64,000 bases of DNA from Alphaproteobacteria bacterium (GCA_963422645.2 CAXXVO010000005.1:372756-436755); one strand, 5' to 3'; positions 31,470-42,336 are shown, counted from the stretch's first letter. The notes: a model not told the origin generated them from the letters alone. Numbers and translations: made by a program.

Positions 31470-32336
31470 TCAAATGTCCGCGAGTGCCGTCTTGATCCGC
31501 TCGATGGCCTCGATATGGGCACCCGGTGAGGCAAGACCCGAGTTCATCGTGTTGACCGAATAGTGTGTGGCGCCGAGTTTCTTCCAGCCCGCTGCGTGCG
31601 CCCGCCACTGCTCGGGCGTCTTGTCCAGCACATCGAGCCAGGTTTCGATCCCGACCTCGCCGGGGTCCCGCCCGGCCTCTCGGATATAGCCCTGGAACTT
31701 CTCGACCTCGGCCGCACCCGCCTCGTCCGGCGCGAAGAGCGGGAACCAGCCGTCGCCGATCCGGGCGGTGCGCCTGAGCACGGCATCGGCGTGGCCGCCG
31801 AACCAGATAGGGATGGGACGCTGAACCGGGAGCGGGTTCAGCCCGGCATCGGTGATGCGATGATCCTGCCCCTCGAAGGTGATCAGTTCGTTGGTCCAGA
31901 GCAGGCGCATGACCTCGATCTGTTCCTCGATGCGCCGCGCGCGGTCCCCGAAATCCATGCCGAGGGCTTCGTATTCCACGTGGTTCCAGCCGATCGCTAC
32001 GCCGAGCCTGAGTCTCCCTTCGCAGAGCACGTCGAGCGCCGCCGCCTGCTTGGCGACCAGCGCGGTCTGACGCTGGGGCAGGATGATGATGCCGGTGACG
32101 AACTCGAGCCGCTGGGTGACAGCGGCGAGGAACCCGAACAGCACGAAGGGCTCATGAAACGCGTCGGTGTGCTCGTAGGGGCCCTTGAGCTCGTGCGTGG
32201 CCGCGTTGCCGCCGAGCACGTGGTCGAAGGCGAGGACGTGTTCGTACCCCAGCGCCTCGGCCGCCTGCCCGTAGTCGCGAACGACTGCGGGATCGTTGCC
32301 GATCTCGGTCTGTGGAAAAACGACGCCAAGCTGCAT
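31470..32336 (-). CDS. LLM-class putative F420-dependent oxidoreductase
   Basis: FPQTEIG, DHVLG, FHEPF, LPQRQT.LVAKQAA, GWN..EY. Confidence 0.88.
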   Translation of the reverse strand: MQLGVVFPQTEIGNDPAVVRDYGQAAEALGYEHVLAFDHVLGGNAATHELKGPYEHTDAFHEPFVLFGFLAAVTQRLEFVTGIIILPQRQTALVAKQAAALDVLCEGRLRLGVAIGWNHVEYEALGMDFGDRARRIEEQIEVMRLLWTNELITFEGQDHRITDAGLNPLPVQRPIPIWFGGHADAVLRRTARIGDGWFPLFAPDEAGAAEVEKFQGYIREAGRDPGEVGIETWLDVLDKTPEQWRAHAAGWKKLGATHYSVNTMNSGLASPGAHIEAIERIKTALADI

Positions 32337-32470
32337 TCGGGCCTCCCTCGCTCTCTGTTGCGCGCGCGGCCGGCGCGGCCGCGGCATACCATGCTATCAT
32401 GCCCCGTCAGCGCGGCATCGTCGGACATTGGCGGAGCGGCCGCGCCCCGGCCGGGCAAAGGAGAGATGGG

Positions 32471-32953
32471 ATGGCGGATAGCGACGCGTGGCGCGGCAAA
32501 GTCGGCGGTATGACCGACGAAGAGGTCAACGAATTCCTCAAGGAGCCGCACCTCTGCCGGCTGGCCTGCCTCGACGAGGAAGGTTGGCCCTACATCGTGC
32601 CGCTCTGGTATCAGTACCGCGACGGCGGCTTTTACGTCGTCCCGCGTGCGCGCTCCGTCTGGGCCAAGCACATCCAGCGGGATCCGCGGGTCCACCTCTG
32701 CGTCGACATCTGGGAGACGATGCAGAAGGTGATGGCCAAGGGGAAAGCCGAGATCGTCGAGGAGCCCAACACCGGCGGCAAGTGGGTCGAGGTCGCGACC
32801 GAGATGTCGCTGCGTTATCTCGGCGAGAACGGACCGAAATATCTTGAGCCGACGCTGGTCGAGCCGCGCTGGCTGATCTTCTTGAAGCCCGATTCGCAGA
32901 TGACCTGGCAGGGCGTGGACTGGGCCAACCGCTACAAGCACGAGAAGTGGTAG
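32471..32953 (+). CDS. Pyridoxamine 5'-phosphate oxidase-like (split-barrel) flavin/deazaflavin protein
   Basis: RLACLD..GWPYIVPLWY, RDPRV pattern. Confidence 0.8.
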   Translation: MADSDAWRGKVGGMTDEEVNEFLKEPHLCRLACLDEEGWPYIVPLWYQYRDGGFYVVPRARSVWAKHIQRDPRVHLCVDIWETMQKVMAKGKAEIVEEPNTGGKWVEVATEMSLRYLGENGPKYLEPTLVEPRWLIFLKPDSQMTWQGVDWANRYKHEKW

Positions 32954-33039
32954 CAACCGTCGCCGACTGCACGCACCGGCCCGGGCCGGCGGTTGGACCG
33001 TAGCACGCCCTAGGGCGCCGGTACCCCAGTACCCGGTAC

Positions 33040-33978
33040 ATGACCGACGCGGGCGAAGCGCGGGCGAGCGCCGCGGGGGGCACGCCCAGGGTGGGCGTGC
33101 TCGCGGTCGCCTATCTCCTGTTCGCAGGCTCGCTCTACGGCCTGCTCTTCTCGATCAACAAACTCGCGACCACCAACGGGGTGCCGGGTCTCGCCTACGT
33201 CTTCTGGCACACGATTGGCGCGGCGCTGATCCTTTGGCTCGGCTGTCTCGCGACCCGCACGCCGGTCGGTTTCGACCGGGCGCATCTGCGCCTCTATCTC
33301 GTCGCCGGCGCGGTCGGGATCGCGATTCCGGTGGCGCTGCTCGCCCATGTGGCGCCCAAGCTGCCGGCGAGCCTCGTGGTCATGGTCACATGCCTCTCGC
33401 CTGCCTGCACCTACCTGATGGCGATGACGCTCCGAATGGAGCGCTTCCGGCTGCTCAGCTCCGGCGGCGTGGCGCTCGGACTTGCCGGAGTTCTGATCCT
33501 GGTGGTGCCAGGCATCACGCTGCCGACCTTCGCGGAGGTAAGCTGGCTGCTGTTGGCGCTGCTGGCGCCGGTCTGCTTCGCGGCCTTCAACATCGCGGGC
33601 GCCCTGCTCTGGCCGCCCAAGGGGCACTCGCTGGGGCTGGCCTGCGGCATCCAGCTCGGCGGCGCTGTCGTGCTGATCCCGGTGATGCTCGGTACGGGCG
33701 AGACCTACCTCTTCCCCGGCCCGCTGCTCGTCGGCGACCTCGCGATCCTGGGCGCGACAGGCGTTACCGCGCTGGTTTGGTACTTGATCCTCGAGATCCT
33801 CAGGCTGGGCGGCCCGCTCTTCCTCTCGCAATTCGGCTATATCGTGGTGCTGGCGGGCTTGGGTTGGGGGGCGTTGATCTTCAGCGAACGCTTGAACAGC
33901 TCGGCGTGGATCGCGGCGGCCCTGCTGCTGGCGGGCCTCGCGGTGCTCACGTATTCGAAGCGCCGCAGGCGCGTCTAG
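33040..33978 (+). CDS. DMT/EamA family transporter
   Basis: About 10 hydrophobic segments in two repeats, FSE near C-terminus. Confidence 0.85.
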   Translation: MTDAGEARASAAGGTPRVGVLAVAYLLFAGSLYGLLFSINKLATTNGVPGLAYVFWHTIGAALILWLGCLATRTPVGFDRAHLRLYLVAGAVGIAIPVALLAHVAPKLPASLVVMVTCLSPACTYLMAMTLRMERFRLLSSGGVALGLAGVLILVVPGITLPTFAEVSWLLLALLAPVCFAAFNIAGALLWPPKGHSLGLACGIQLGGAVVLIPVMLGTGETYLFPGPLLVGDLAILGATGVTALVWYLILEILRLGGPLFLSQFGYIVVLAGLGWGALIFSERLNSSAWIAAALLLAGLAVLTYSKRRRRV

Positions 33979-33998
33979 CTCGCGTGGAAGGGGAACGC

Positions 33999-34790
33999 AT
34001 GACGATCAGACTGCTTCAGGTCGACACCTTCACCGACCGGGTGCTGGGCGGCAATCCGGCGGCGGTCTGCCCCCTCGACGCCTGGCTGGACGAGGCGACG
34101 ATGCAGGCCATCGCGGCCGAGAACAATCTGTCGGAGACCGCGTTCCTGGTTGCAGAGGGCGAGGGCTATCGCCTGCGCTGGTTCACGCCCAACGTCGAGG
34201 TCGATCTCTGCGGCCACGCCACCCTCGCCGCCGCCTTCGTCGTGTTCGAAGAGCTGAGGCCGGGCGCGGAACGGGTTTCGTTCGAGACGCTCAGTGGCAG
34301 GCTCACGGTCGCGCGCAAGGGCGCGGAGCTGGTCATGGACTTCCCGGCCCAGCCCGCAAGCCCGGCGACGCCACCTGCGGTGCTGGCGCAGGCACTCGGC
34401 GCGGTGCCTGCCGAGGCGCTCGCCGGCGCGGACTGGATCGCAGTGTTCGAGAACGCGTCCCAGGTCGCGGCGCTTCGCCCCGATCAGGCGCTGCTGACCG
34501 CGCTTGACCGTCGCGGGGTCGTGGCGACCGCGCCCGGAGACGAGGGCGACGCGGACTACGTGCTGCGCTTCTTCGCGCCCAAGAACGCCGTGCCCGAGGA
34601 CCCGGTCACCGGCAACGTGCAGACAGCGCTCGCGCCCTATTGGTCGGGCCGGCTCGGCAAGCGGCGGCTCACCGTTCGTCAGCTTTCCGCCCGCGGCGGT
34701 CGCATGGTCTGCGAGGACCGGGGCGAACGCGTCTCGATCGCCGGCCGCGCGGTCCTCTACATGAATGCGACCATCTCGCTCGGCCGCTGA
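33999..34790 (+). CDS. PhzF family epimerase/isomerase
   Basis: QVDTFT..GNPAAV, NLSETAF, EVDLCGHATLA, EDPVTG. Confidence 0.92.
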   Translation: MTIRLLQVDTFTDRVLGGNPAAVCPLDAWLDEATMQAIAAENNLSETAFLVAEGEGYRLRWFTPNVEVDLCGHATLAAAFVVFEELRPGAERVSFETLSGRLTVARKGAELVMDFPAQPASPATPPAVLAQALGAVPAEALAGADWIAVFENASQVAALRPDQALLTALDRRGVVATAPGDEGDADYVLRFFAPKNAVPEDPVTGNVQTALAPYWSGRLGKRRLTVRQLSARGGRMVCEDRGERVSIAGRAVLYMNATISLGR

Positions 34791-34811
34791 GAACCGACCG
34801 GGCCGGAAGCT

Positions 34812-35156
34812 TCAACCGGCGCAGTCGACGCAGCGGGCGATGGTCGGGTCGATGGCGAGTCGCTTGGCGGGAATTCGCTCTCCGCAGTCGGTGCAATAGC
34901 CGTAGTCGCCGGTATCGAGCCGGCGCAGCGCCGCCTCGATGAGCGGCAACTTTGCACGGCGGCGCGCTTCCACCGACTGCGCCATCGCCTGCACCTGTAT
35001 GGCGTCCATACGCGAGACACGGCCGACGCTCTGCTGATCGAGCGTGACCGGGCGCCGCTCGTCCGCCGCAGCCTCGCTCAGCGCAAGCAGTTCGACGCGC
35101 TCCTTTTCGAGGATTTGCCGAATTTTTTTGGGATCGCGGGTGGGGCGGGCGGTCAT
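34812..35156 (-). CDS. TraR/DksA C4-type zinc finger protein
   Basis: LDQQSVGRVSRMDA, YGYCTDCGE.I..RL..P...CVDC. Confidence 0.88.
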   Translation of the reverse strand: MTARPTRDPKKIRQILEKERVELLALSEAAADERRPVTLDQQSVGRVSRMDAIQVQAMAQSVEARRRAKLPLIEAALRRLDTGDYGYCTDCGERIPAKRLAIDPTIARCVDCAG

Positions 35157-35315
35157 GGGAGACGTAGGCGCATTACGGTGTCGATTGTAAACGATCACGC
35201 GGGGCAAGCGAGGGCGACGTGTCCAAGCGCGTAAATTTTCGCCATAGGTGCGGCGCTTGACGCGCTCGCCCGCTCCGCCGCACCCTGCAATGCGCGGCGA
35301 AGCGAGGAGAAACCC

Positions 35316-36240
35316 ATGGCGTCGGGAGCATTCGTGGTAACCGGATCGGCGGGTCTGATCGGATTCGGTGTTGCGGCCCGGCTCGCGCGGGAGGGGCGCA
35401 CCGTCATCGGCACCGACCGCATCCAGCCACGAGAGGACGGCGGGTTTCCCTCGACCGATGCAGAGCTCACCGACGTTCACAAGCTGCACGCCATCTGCGA
35501 CGCCGATATCGCGGCGATCGTCCATTGCGGCGCGATCTCGGGCCCCATGCTGGGCCGCGACAACCCGCGCGCGGTGATCGAGACCAACGTCGCGGGCACC
35601 GCCAACCTGCTGGAGATCGCGCGTCAACGGGGCGTGCGCCTAGTGTTCTGCTCGTCCACGTCGGCCTACGGCAACACCGCCACGGGCCTCGATCCCGTGC
35701 CCGAGGACGCGCCGCTCGCGGCCGACGACGTCTACGGCGCCACCAAGGCATCCGGCCGGCGACATCTTGACGCGCGCCTACGTGGCTCAGACCGGACTCG
35801 ACGCCGCCGTCCTGCGCTTCTCGTGGGTCTATGGGCCGCGCCGGCGCACTACCTGCGTGGTGCGCGAGATGATCCAGGACGCGCTGGTCGGGCGCGCCAC
35901 CACGCTTCCCTACGGACGCGGCTTCACACGGCAATACGTGTATATCGACGACGTTGTGAGCGCCGTGATCGCGGCGCTCGATGCCGGGGAGATCGGGCCG
36001 CAGCGTGCCTTCAACATCACGGGCGGTCAGCGCCTTGAGTTCGGCGAAATCGTCGACACCGTGCGGCTCGCGGTACCCGAGGCGAACATCACGCTCGGCG
36101 AGGGCGTCGATCCTGAGGACCAGAGCCACGGGCGCTTCGACATCTCCGCGGCTGCGCGCGCCCTCGGTTGGCAACCGCAGATCGCATTTGCCGACGGCGC
36201 GCGGAAATACGCCGGCTGGCTGGCAGAGAACTCCGTGTAG
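35316..36240 (+). pseudogene. NAD-dependent epimerase/dehydratase, frameshifted
   Basis: TGSAGLIG, YGATK; 4-bp duplication (TCCGGCCGGCGAC) at 35751-35763 shifts the frame, which resumes as DILTRAY..LRFSWVYGP. Confidence 0.82.
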
Positions 36241-36286
36241 AGCCGGCACCTGTACGAGAGCGATAAGGATCAGAGGGAGGATTGCC

Positions 36287-37081
36287 ATGCTACGCGCCGC
36301 AGTAATTGTACCCTTTCCCTATGATGAGGAGGGCCTCGACTACAGGCGTGCCGAGATGGAGCAGGTCGAGCTCTCCGGCAACGTCACCTTCGACTACAAG
36401 CCGCTCAAGGCGGGTCCGATGCACTTCCTCGGCCGCCACGACGAGATGCTGGTCGAGTTCGCCATCTTCGAGGCGGGTATCGCGCTGGCCGAGGAGGGCT
36501 ATGACGCCATCACGGTCAACACCCTGAGCGATTCGGGCGTCGCCGAGCTTCGCGCGGTGCTGGACATTCCCGTGGTCTCGAACGGCAAGTCGTCGCTGCT
36601 CTACGCCCTCACCCTCGGCACGCGCTTCTCGGTGATCGCTCAGACCGACCCATCCTATCCGCAGTACACCGACGCCTGGCTCGCCTTTTACAAGAACCTG
36701 ATGAAGAAGTTCGAAATCTCCCAGTTCTGCACCTCGGTCGAGCTCTTCGAGGCGAAATCGGACATGAGGGCGCTGTTCTCGGGCCGCGAGGCGGAGGTCT
36801 TCCCCAAGATGAAGGAGGCCTGCGAGAGGGGCCTTGCCAAGGGCGCCGACGTGATCGTCCTCGGCTCCACCACGCTCTCTCAAGCCGGGCCCTATCTCTC
36901 GGAGAACCTGCCCGTCCCGGTGGTCAATCCCGGGCCGCTCTCGCTCAAGATGGTGGAGACGGTGCTGGGCCTCGGCCACAGCCACAGCCCGGTGGCGCAC
37001 CCGAAGCCGGCCGTGCCACGCCCGAAGATGATCCACGCCATGATGGACGCCGCGCGCGACCATCAGACAGCGGACGACTAG
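36287..37081 (+). CDS. Asp/Glu/hydantoin racemase family protein
   Basis: GYDAI..NTLSDSG, LDIPVV, GADVIVLGSTT, PVVNPG. Confidence 0.82.
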   Translation: MLRAAVIVPFPYDEEGLDYRRAEMEQVELSGNVTFDYKPLKAGPMHFLGRHDEMLVEFAIFEAGIALAEEGYDAITVNTLSDSGVAELRAVLDIPVVSNGKSSLLYALTLGTRFSVIAQTDPSYPQYTDAWLAFYKNLMKKFEISQFCTSVELFEAKSDMRALFSGREAEVFPKMKEACERGLAKGADVIVLGSTTLSQAGPYLSENLPVPVVNPGPLSLKMVETVLGLGHSHSPVAHPKPAVPRPKMIHAMMDAARDHQTADD

Positions 37082-37105
37082 GCCGAGCCGGGGCGGCACG
37101 AGCGA

Positions 37106-37921
37106 ATGAGCCAGCCATCGACCAAGGGCGATCCCACAGGGGCAGTCGATCCGGCGACCTGGGACGCCGGACTCTACGACCGCTCCTTCGGCTTCGTCTC
37201 CGCATTCGCCACCGACATGATCGATCTGCTCGCGCCCCAGCCAGGCGAGCGGATCGTCGATCTCGGCTGCGGCACGGGCAAGCTGACGGCGGATATCGCC
37301 GCACGCAGTGCCGAGGTCATCGGCATCGACGGCGATCCGGCGATGGTGGAGCGTGCCCGCGCGCTTCACCCGGACCTCACCTTCGAGCATGCCGATGGGC
37401 GAGGTTTCGCCATCGAGGGCCATGCCGACGCGGTCTTCTCCAACGCCGCCCTGCACTGGATGAAGGAGGATCCCCCGGCGGTGATCGCCTGCGTCGCCCG
37501 CGCGCTCAGACCCGGCGGCCGCTTCGTTGCCGAGATGGGCGCGCACCGCAACGTGCGAATCATCACCGATGCGCTCTACCAGGCGCTGGCCGAGGAAGGG
37601 GTCCCGGCTGAGGAGGTCGACTTCCCCTGGTACTTCCCGCGCAACAGCCGCTATGTCGGTTTGCTGGAAGATGGCGGCTTCGACGTAACCCGGCTCCGCT
37701 ACTTCGCCCGCCCGACCCCGCTCGACGACTGCCCCAACGGCCTCGCCGACTGGATCGCCATGTTCGGCCGCAACTTCACCGACGCGGCGCCGCCGGGACG
37801 CGCTCAGGCAGTCGTTGAGCGAACCGTAGCGCTCACCCGCGACCGCCTCTGCCCCGACGGCCGCTGGGTCACCGACTACACGCGCCTTCGCTTCATCGCG
37901 GTGAAGGTCGCCGACGGATAG
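37106..37921 (+). CDS. Class I SAM-dependent methyltransferase (Tam-like)
   Basis: DLGCGTG, FSNAALHW, DYTRLRF. Confidence 0.88.
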   Translation: MSQPSTKGDPTGAVDPATWDAGLYDRSFGFVSAFATDMIDLLAPQPGERIVDLGCGTGKLTADIAARSAEVIGIDGDPAMVERARALHPDLTFEHADGRGFAIEGHADAVFSNAALHWMKEDPPAVIACVARALRPGGRFVAEMGAHRNVRIITDALYQALAEEGVPAEEVDFPWYFPRNSRYVGLLEDGGFDVTRLRYFARPTPLDDCPNGLADWIAMFGRNFTDAAPPGRAQAVVERTVALTRDRLCPDGRWVTDYTRLRFIAVKVADG

Positions 37922-37961
37922 CAGAGTCGCGAAAACACGCAGCTGCCTCACAATTCACAGT

Positions 37962-37991
37962 TGATGTTTGATGCGTGATGAGTCAGCATCA
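37962..37991 (+). promoter_or_regulatory. Probable antitoxin operator upstream of vapBC
   Basis: TGATG repeated at 7-bp period (37962, 37969, 37976) plus inverted CATCA (37987). Confidence 0.45.
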
Positions 37992-38014
37992 TACTGTTTC
38001 GATGGGGACCTGCG

Positions 38015-38260
38015 ATGCGAACGACCCTGAACATCGACGACGATGTGCTCATCGCCTTGAAGGAACTCGCCAGACGTGACTCCAAGTCATTGGGTGACGT
38101 GATCTCGAGCCTGTTGCGCCAATCCCTGACGCATGGGCACGCGGACGGAAGGGCAAAATCTGGCCAAGAGTCCGAATTCGGCTTTCGTCCCTTCCCCAAG
38201 CGCGGCGGGATCATTACCAACGAGTTAATCGACCGTTTGCGCGAGGAAGCCGGCGACTGA
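38015..38260 (+). CDS. vapB: VapB-type RHH antitoxin
   Basis: MRTTLNIDDDVL start; overlaps the PIN gene start. Confidence 0.85.
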   Translation: MRTTLNIDDDVLIALKELARRDSKSLGDVISSLLRQSLTHGHADGRAKSGQESEFGFRPFPKRGGIITNELIDRLREEAGD

Positions 38261-38688
38261 TGCGGGCGCTGCTGGACGTGAACGTCCTGATCGCGCTGCT
38301 GGATGCCGACCACCTTCACCACGAGGCCGCAAGGCGTTGGTTGCGGGACAATATCAGGGAGGGGTGGGCCACTTGCCCGCTGACCGAGAACGGGTGCGTG
38401 AGAATCATGGCCCAATCCACCTACCCCAACCGCCTGCCCGCACCCCTCGTTGCCGAGCGCCTCCGGCAGGCCACCACAAGCGCCCACCACGAATTCTGGC
38501 CCGATTCGGTAAGCCTGCTGAGCCCGGGCGCAGCGGATTGGAGTCGGTTGATAGGCCCGCGACAGATCACCGATATCTATCTGCTGGCACTCGCCGTTGC
38601 GCGCCGCGGACGGTTCGTCACATTCGACGCCCGAATCGACTCAAGAGCCGTTCCTGGCGCCGAGAATCAAAGCTACTGCCTGATTTGA
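38260..38688 (+). CDS. vapC: VapC PIN-domain toxin
   Basis: LLDVNVLIAL, CPLTENG, TDIYLLALA, TFD acidic residues. Confidence 0.9.
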   Translation: MRALLDVNVLIALLDADHLHHEAARRWLRDNIREGWATCPLTENGCVRIMAQSTYPNRLPAPLVAERLRQATTSAHHEFWPDSVSLLSPGAADWSRLIGPRQITDIYLLALAVARRGRFVTFDARIDSRAVPGAENQSYCLI

Positions 38689-38953
38689 GCAGCCAAGGGC
38701 AGGGTGCCGCCGCAGAGTATGCCCATATCTGGCTAACTTCGGACGGCGGAGAGCCTCTGAGTCCCGCCCCTCACCAATCGCCTCCCTTGTTTGAATAACG
38801 TGGGTTTCGGGGTGACTACCCCTACAATATGTAGTACCAACCCCTATAGAGGCTGCCCCAATCTGGCCACAATGAGCATTTAGGCAGGGTAATGAGAGAC
38901 GCCGCCAACTCGCGTCACCGACCCGTGTCTCCCTACGCGATTGAGTAGAGCCC

Positions 38954-39706
38954 ATGGCCGGCCACTCCAAATGGGCCAACATCATGTACCGCAAGGGCGC
39001 GCAAGACGCCCGGCGGGCCAAGCGCTTCACCAAGCTGATCCGCGAGGTCTATGTCGCGGCCAGGGAGGGCACGCCCGACCCCGACCATAATCCCAGGCTG
39101 CGCACGGCCATCGCGGCGGCCAAGTCGCAGAGCGTGCCCAAGGACAACATCGAGCGCGCCATCAAGAAGGCAGCGGGCGGGGACGGCGGGCAAGAGCGTT
39201 TCGACACGCTGAGCTACGAGGGCTTCGGACCCGGCGGCGTTGCCGTAATCGTCGACGCAATCACCGACAACCGCAACCGGACTGCAGCCACGATCCGCTC
39301 GATCTTCAGCCGCCACGGCGGCACGTTGGGCGAGACAGGCTCTGTCAACTATCTGTTTCAACGTGTTGGAATCATTCGCTTCCCCGCAGACGCAGCCAGC
39401 GGCGACAACATGTTCGAGGCGGCTCTCGAGGTCGGCGCCGACGAGTGCGAAAGCGAGGCGGACGGCCACGAGGTGATTTGCGCACCAGAATCCCTGAGCG
39501 AGGCGAGCGAGGCGCTGACCGCGCGCTTCGGCGCGCCGGAGCGGGTCGAGATCTCCTGGCGCCCGCAGACGACGGTGCCCATCGACGAGAATAGGGCGGA
39601 GGCTGTCTTCAAGCTGCTGGAAGCGCTCGACGACAGCGACGACGTGCAGCAGGTCTCGGCGAACTACGACGTCACCGACGATGTCCTGCGCAAGCTCTCG
39701 GCCTGA
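38954..39706 (+). CDS. yebC: YebC/PmpR family protein
   Basis: MAGHSKWANI, NPRLR, YEGFGPGG, TDNRNRT. Confidence 0.96.
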   Translation: MAGHSKWANIMYRKGAQDARRAKRFTKLIREVYVAAREGTPDPDHNPRLRTAIAAAKSQSVPKDNIERAIKKAAGGDGGQERFDTLSYEGFGPGGVAVIVDAITDNRNRTAATIRSIFSRHGGTLGETGSVNYLFQRVGIIRFPADAASGDNMFEAALEVGADECESEADGHEVICAPESLSEASEALTARFGAPERVEISWRPQTTVPIDENRAEAVFKLLEALDDSDDVQQVSANYDVTDDVLRKLSA

Positions 39707-39721
39707 GCGGGGGCGAGCGGC

Positions 39722-40246
39722 GTGGCGCGTGTTCTCGGCCTCGATCCCGGACTTAGGCGCACTGGCTGGGGCGTGATCGAGGCCGCGGGCAACCGGCTGC
39801 GCCATGTCGGCCACGGCGTGGTCGCCACCGACTCTGGAGCGAGCGTGCCGGAGCGACTCTGCTCCCTGTACGAAGGCCTCGTAGAGATCGTCGCGCGCTA
39901 CGAGCCCGACGAGGCCTCGGTCGAGGAGACCTTCGTCAATCGCAATCCCGCATCGACTCTCAAGCTCGGCCTTGCGCGGGGTGTGGTCTTGCTCGCGCCG
40001 GCGCTCGCCGGTCTCCCCGTCCATGAGTATGCCGCGAACCGGATCAAGAAGGCGCTGGTCGGCGCCGGGCACGCCAACAAGGAACAGGTCGCACTGATGG
40101 TCCGCCACCTGCTGACCGGTGTCGGCGACGCGACGGCAGACGCCACGGACGCGCTTGCCGCAGCGATTTGCCATGCCCACGCGGCAGGCACCCACGCCCG
40201 CTGGCAGCCGGCCCCGGAGCCGGCTGCGTCGAAGGCAGCACGATGA
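39722..40246 (+). CDS. ruvC: Holliday junction resolvase RuvC
   Basis: [27 protein letters not shown]. Confidence 0.95.
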   Translation: MARVLGLDPGLRRTGWGVIEAAGNRLRHVGHGVVATDSGASVPERLCSLYEGLVEIVARYEPDEASVEETFVNRNPASTLKLGLARGVVLLAPALAGLPVHEYAANRIKKALVGAGHANKEQVALMVRHLLTGVGDATADATDALAAAICHAHAAGTHARWQPAPEPAASKAAR

Positions 40247-40836
40247 TCGCGAAGCTGCGCGGAGTCCTCGACAGCCTGGGCGATGGCTGGGCGGTCGTCG
40301 ACGTCGGTGGCGTGGGCTACTTGACCTATTGCTCCACCGGCACCCTCGCTTCGCTGCCGCCACGAGGGCAGGAGGTGAACCTCACCATCGAAACCGTGGT
40401 GCGTGAAGACCACATCCATCTCTACGGCTTCTCCAGCGAGCAGGAGCGCGACTGGTTTCGCCTGCTGCAGACCGTGCAAAGCGTCGGCGCCCGCCTCGCG
40501 CTCGCAATTCTGGGCGCGCTGCCGGCACCGGAGCTTGCCGTCTGCATCGCCGCTCAGGACAGGGCGAGCCTGACCCGTGCACCTGGGGTGGGACCCAAGC
40601 TCGCAGCGCGCATCCTGAGCGAGCTGAGAGACAAGGCCGAGACCCTGCCGGGCGCTGCACCGGCACCCGCAGTCGCCGGCGGTGCGGCCAACGCCGATGC
40701 CATCGCGGCCCTCGTCAATCTCGGCTACCGCCCGACCGAGGCCCACGGCGCGGTGTCGGGTGCGGCCCGGTCGCTCGGCACAGAGGCCCCTGTCGAGGAG
40801 TTGATCCGCGCCGGCCTTAAGGAGCTCGCACAGTGA
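40243..40836 (+). CDS. ruvA: Holliday junction branch migration protein RuvA
   Basis: [32 protein letters not shown]. Confidence 0.95.
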   Translation: MIAKLRGVLDSLGDGWAVVDVGGVGYLTYCSTGTLASLPPRGQEVNLTIETVVREDHIHLYGFSSEQERDWFRLLQTVQSVGARLALAILGALPAPELAVCIAAQDRASLTRAPGVGPKLAARILSELRDKAETLPGAAPAPAVAGGAANADAIAALVNLGYRPTEAHGAVSGAARSLGTEAPVEELIRAGLKELAQ

Positions 40837-41879
40837 GCGAGGCACGCGTCGTCGCTGGCGCGGCGGAGCCCGAAGACCGGCTCGATAGCGGGCTCAGGCC
40901 GCGCAAGCTCGACGACTTCGTCGGCCAACGCGCGGTGCGCGAGAACCTGCGAATCTTCATCGCAGCCGCGTCTGCGCGCGGCGAGGCCCTCGATCACGTG
41001 CTGTTCTACGGGCCGCCGGGCCTCGGCAAGACCACGCTGGCGCAGATCGTCGCCCGCGAGCTCGGCGTCGGTATTCGCACGACCTCAGGCCCGGTGATTG
41101 CGCGCGCAGGCGACCTCGCCGCCATCCTGACAAACCTCAACGAGCGCGACGTGCTCTTCATCGATGAGATCCACCGGCTCAATCCGGCGGTGGAGGAGAT
41201 TCTCTATCCGGCCATGGAGGATTCTCAGCTCGACCTGATCATCGGCGAGGGGCCGGGCGCGCGCTCGGTGCGGATCGATCTGCCGCCCTTCACCCTGGTG
41301 GGCGCGACGACGCGCACCGGCCTCATCACCACGCCGCTGCGCGAGCGCTTCGGCATCCCGCTCAGGCTCGACTTCTACGAGGTCGACGAGCTGGTCGAGA
41401 TCGTGACCCGCAATGCGGGGCTTCTCGACGTCGCGTTGAGTGCCGATGGGGCCGCCGAGGTCTCCGCCCGCTCCCGCGGCACGCCGCGCATCGCCGGCCG
41501 CCTGCTGCGCCGCGTGCGCGACTTCGCGGCAGTGGCGGGTGAGGCGACCATCGACGCCGCCATCGCCGACCGCGCGCTCAACCGGCTCGAGGTCGACCAG
41601 CGCGGTCTCGATTCGATGGACCGTCGCTATCTCTCCTGCATTGCGGAGAACTACGGCGGCGGTCCGGTAGGAATCGAAACCATTGCCGCGGCGCTCTCCG
41701 AACAGCGTGACGCGCTGGAGGAGGTGATCGAGCCCTTCCTGATCCAGCAGGGCTTCGTGCAACGAACGCCACGCGGCCGCATGCTCACCCGGCACGGTTT
41801 CGGTCATCTGGGTATGGCGCAGCCGGAGGAAGCGCCGCGCCAGCTCGCCCTATTGGACGAAGGCCATGGCAGCCGTTGA
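40833..41879 (+). CDS. ruvB: Holliday junction DNA helicase RuvB
   Basis: [37 protein letters not shown]. Confidence 0.97.
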   Translation: MSEARVVAGAAEPEDRLDSGLRPRKLDDFVGQRAVRENLRIFIAAASARGEALDHVLFYGPPGLGKTTLAQIVARELGVGIRTTSGPVIARAGDLAAILTNLNERDVLFIDEIHRLNPAVEEILYPAMEDSQLDLIIGEGPGARSVRIDLPPFTLVGATTRTGLITTPLRERFGIPLRLDFYEVDELVEIVTRNAGLLDVALSADGAAEVSARSRGTPRIAGRLLRRVRDFAAVAGEATIDAAIADRALNRLEVDQRGLDSMDRRYLSCIAENYGGGPVGIETIAAALSEQRDALEEVIEPFLIQQGFVQRTPRGRMLTRHGFGHLGMAQPEEAPRQLALLDEGHGSR

Positions 41880-42336
41880 AGCGGACAAAGCGATGGCCCC
41901 GCTGGGCGGCCGCTTCGAAGGCGGCGAGCACGTCTATCCGCTCCGCGTCTACCACGAGGACACGGACGCAGGCGGCATCGTCTACTACGCCAACTACCTC
42001 AAGTTCGCCGAGCGGGCGCGGACCGAGATGATGCGAGGCGCCGGAATCACCCACGTAACGCTGATTGGGGACCACGACGCAGCCTTCGTTGTGAGGCGCT
42101 GCGTCGTGGACTACAGACAGCCGGCGCGGCTCGACGACGAGATCGAGGTGCGCACCAGCATCGGCGCGGTGGCTGGCGCCCATATCGACGCAGAACAGCG
42201 CGTCATGCGCGAGGACGCGCTGCTGGCCAGCATCGACCTCAAGCTCGGCTGCGTCGGGCGCGACGGCCGCGCAGTGCGGCTGCCGACGCCTTTGCGTCAA
42301 GCGCTCTCAAGACTGGTACCGGCGGACGGGCAGTAG
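41866..42336 (+). CDS. ybgC: Tol-pal associated acyl-CoA thioesterase
   Basis: [28 protein letters not shown]. Confidence 0.92.
   Translation: MAAVEADKAMAPLGGRFEGGEHVYPLRVYHEDTDAGGIVYYANYLKFAERARTEMMRGAGITHVTLIGDHDAAFVVRRCVVDYRQPARLDDEIEVRTSIGAVAGAHIDAEQRVMREDALLASIDLKLGCVGRDGRAVRLPTPLRQALSRLVPADGQ

Noticed and set aside
38815-38845. NrdR-box-like palindrome
   Set aside because: Single imperfect match and no ribonucleotide reductase gene nearby
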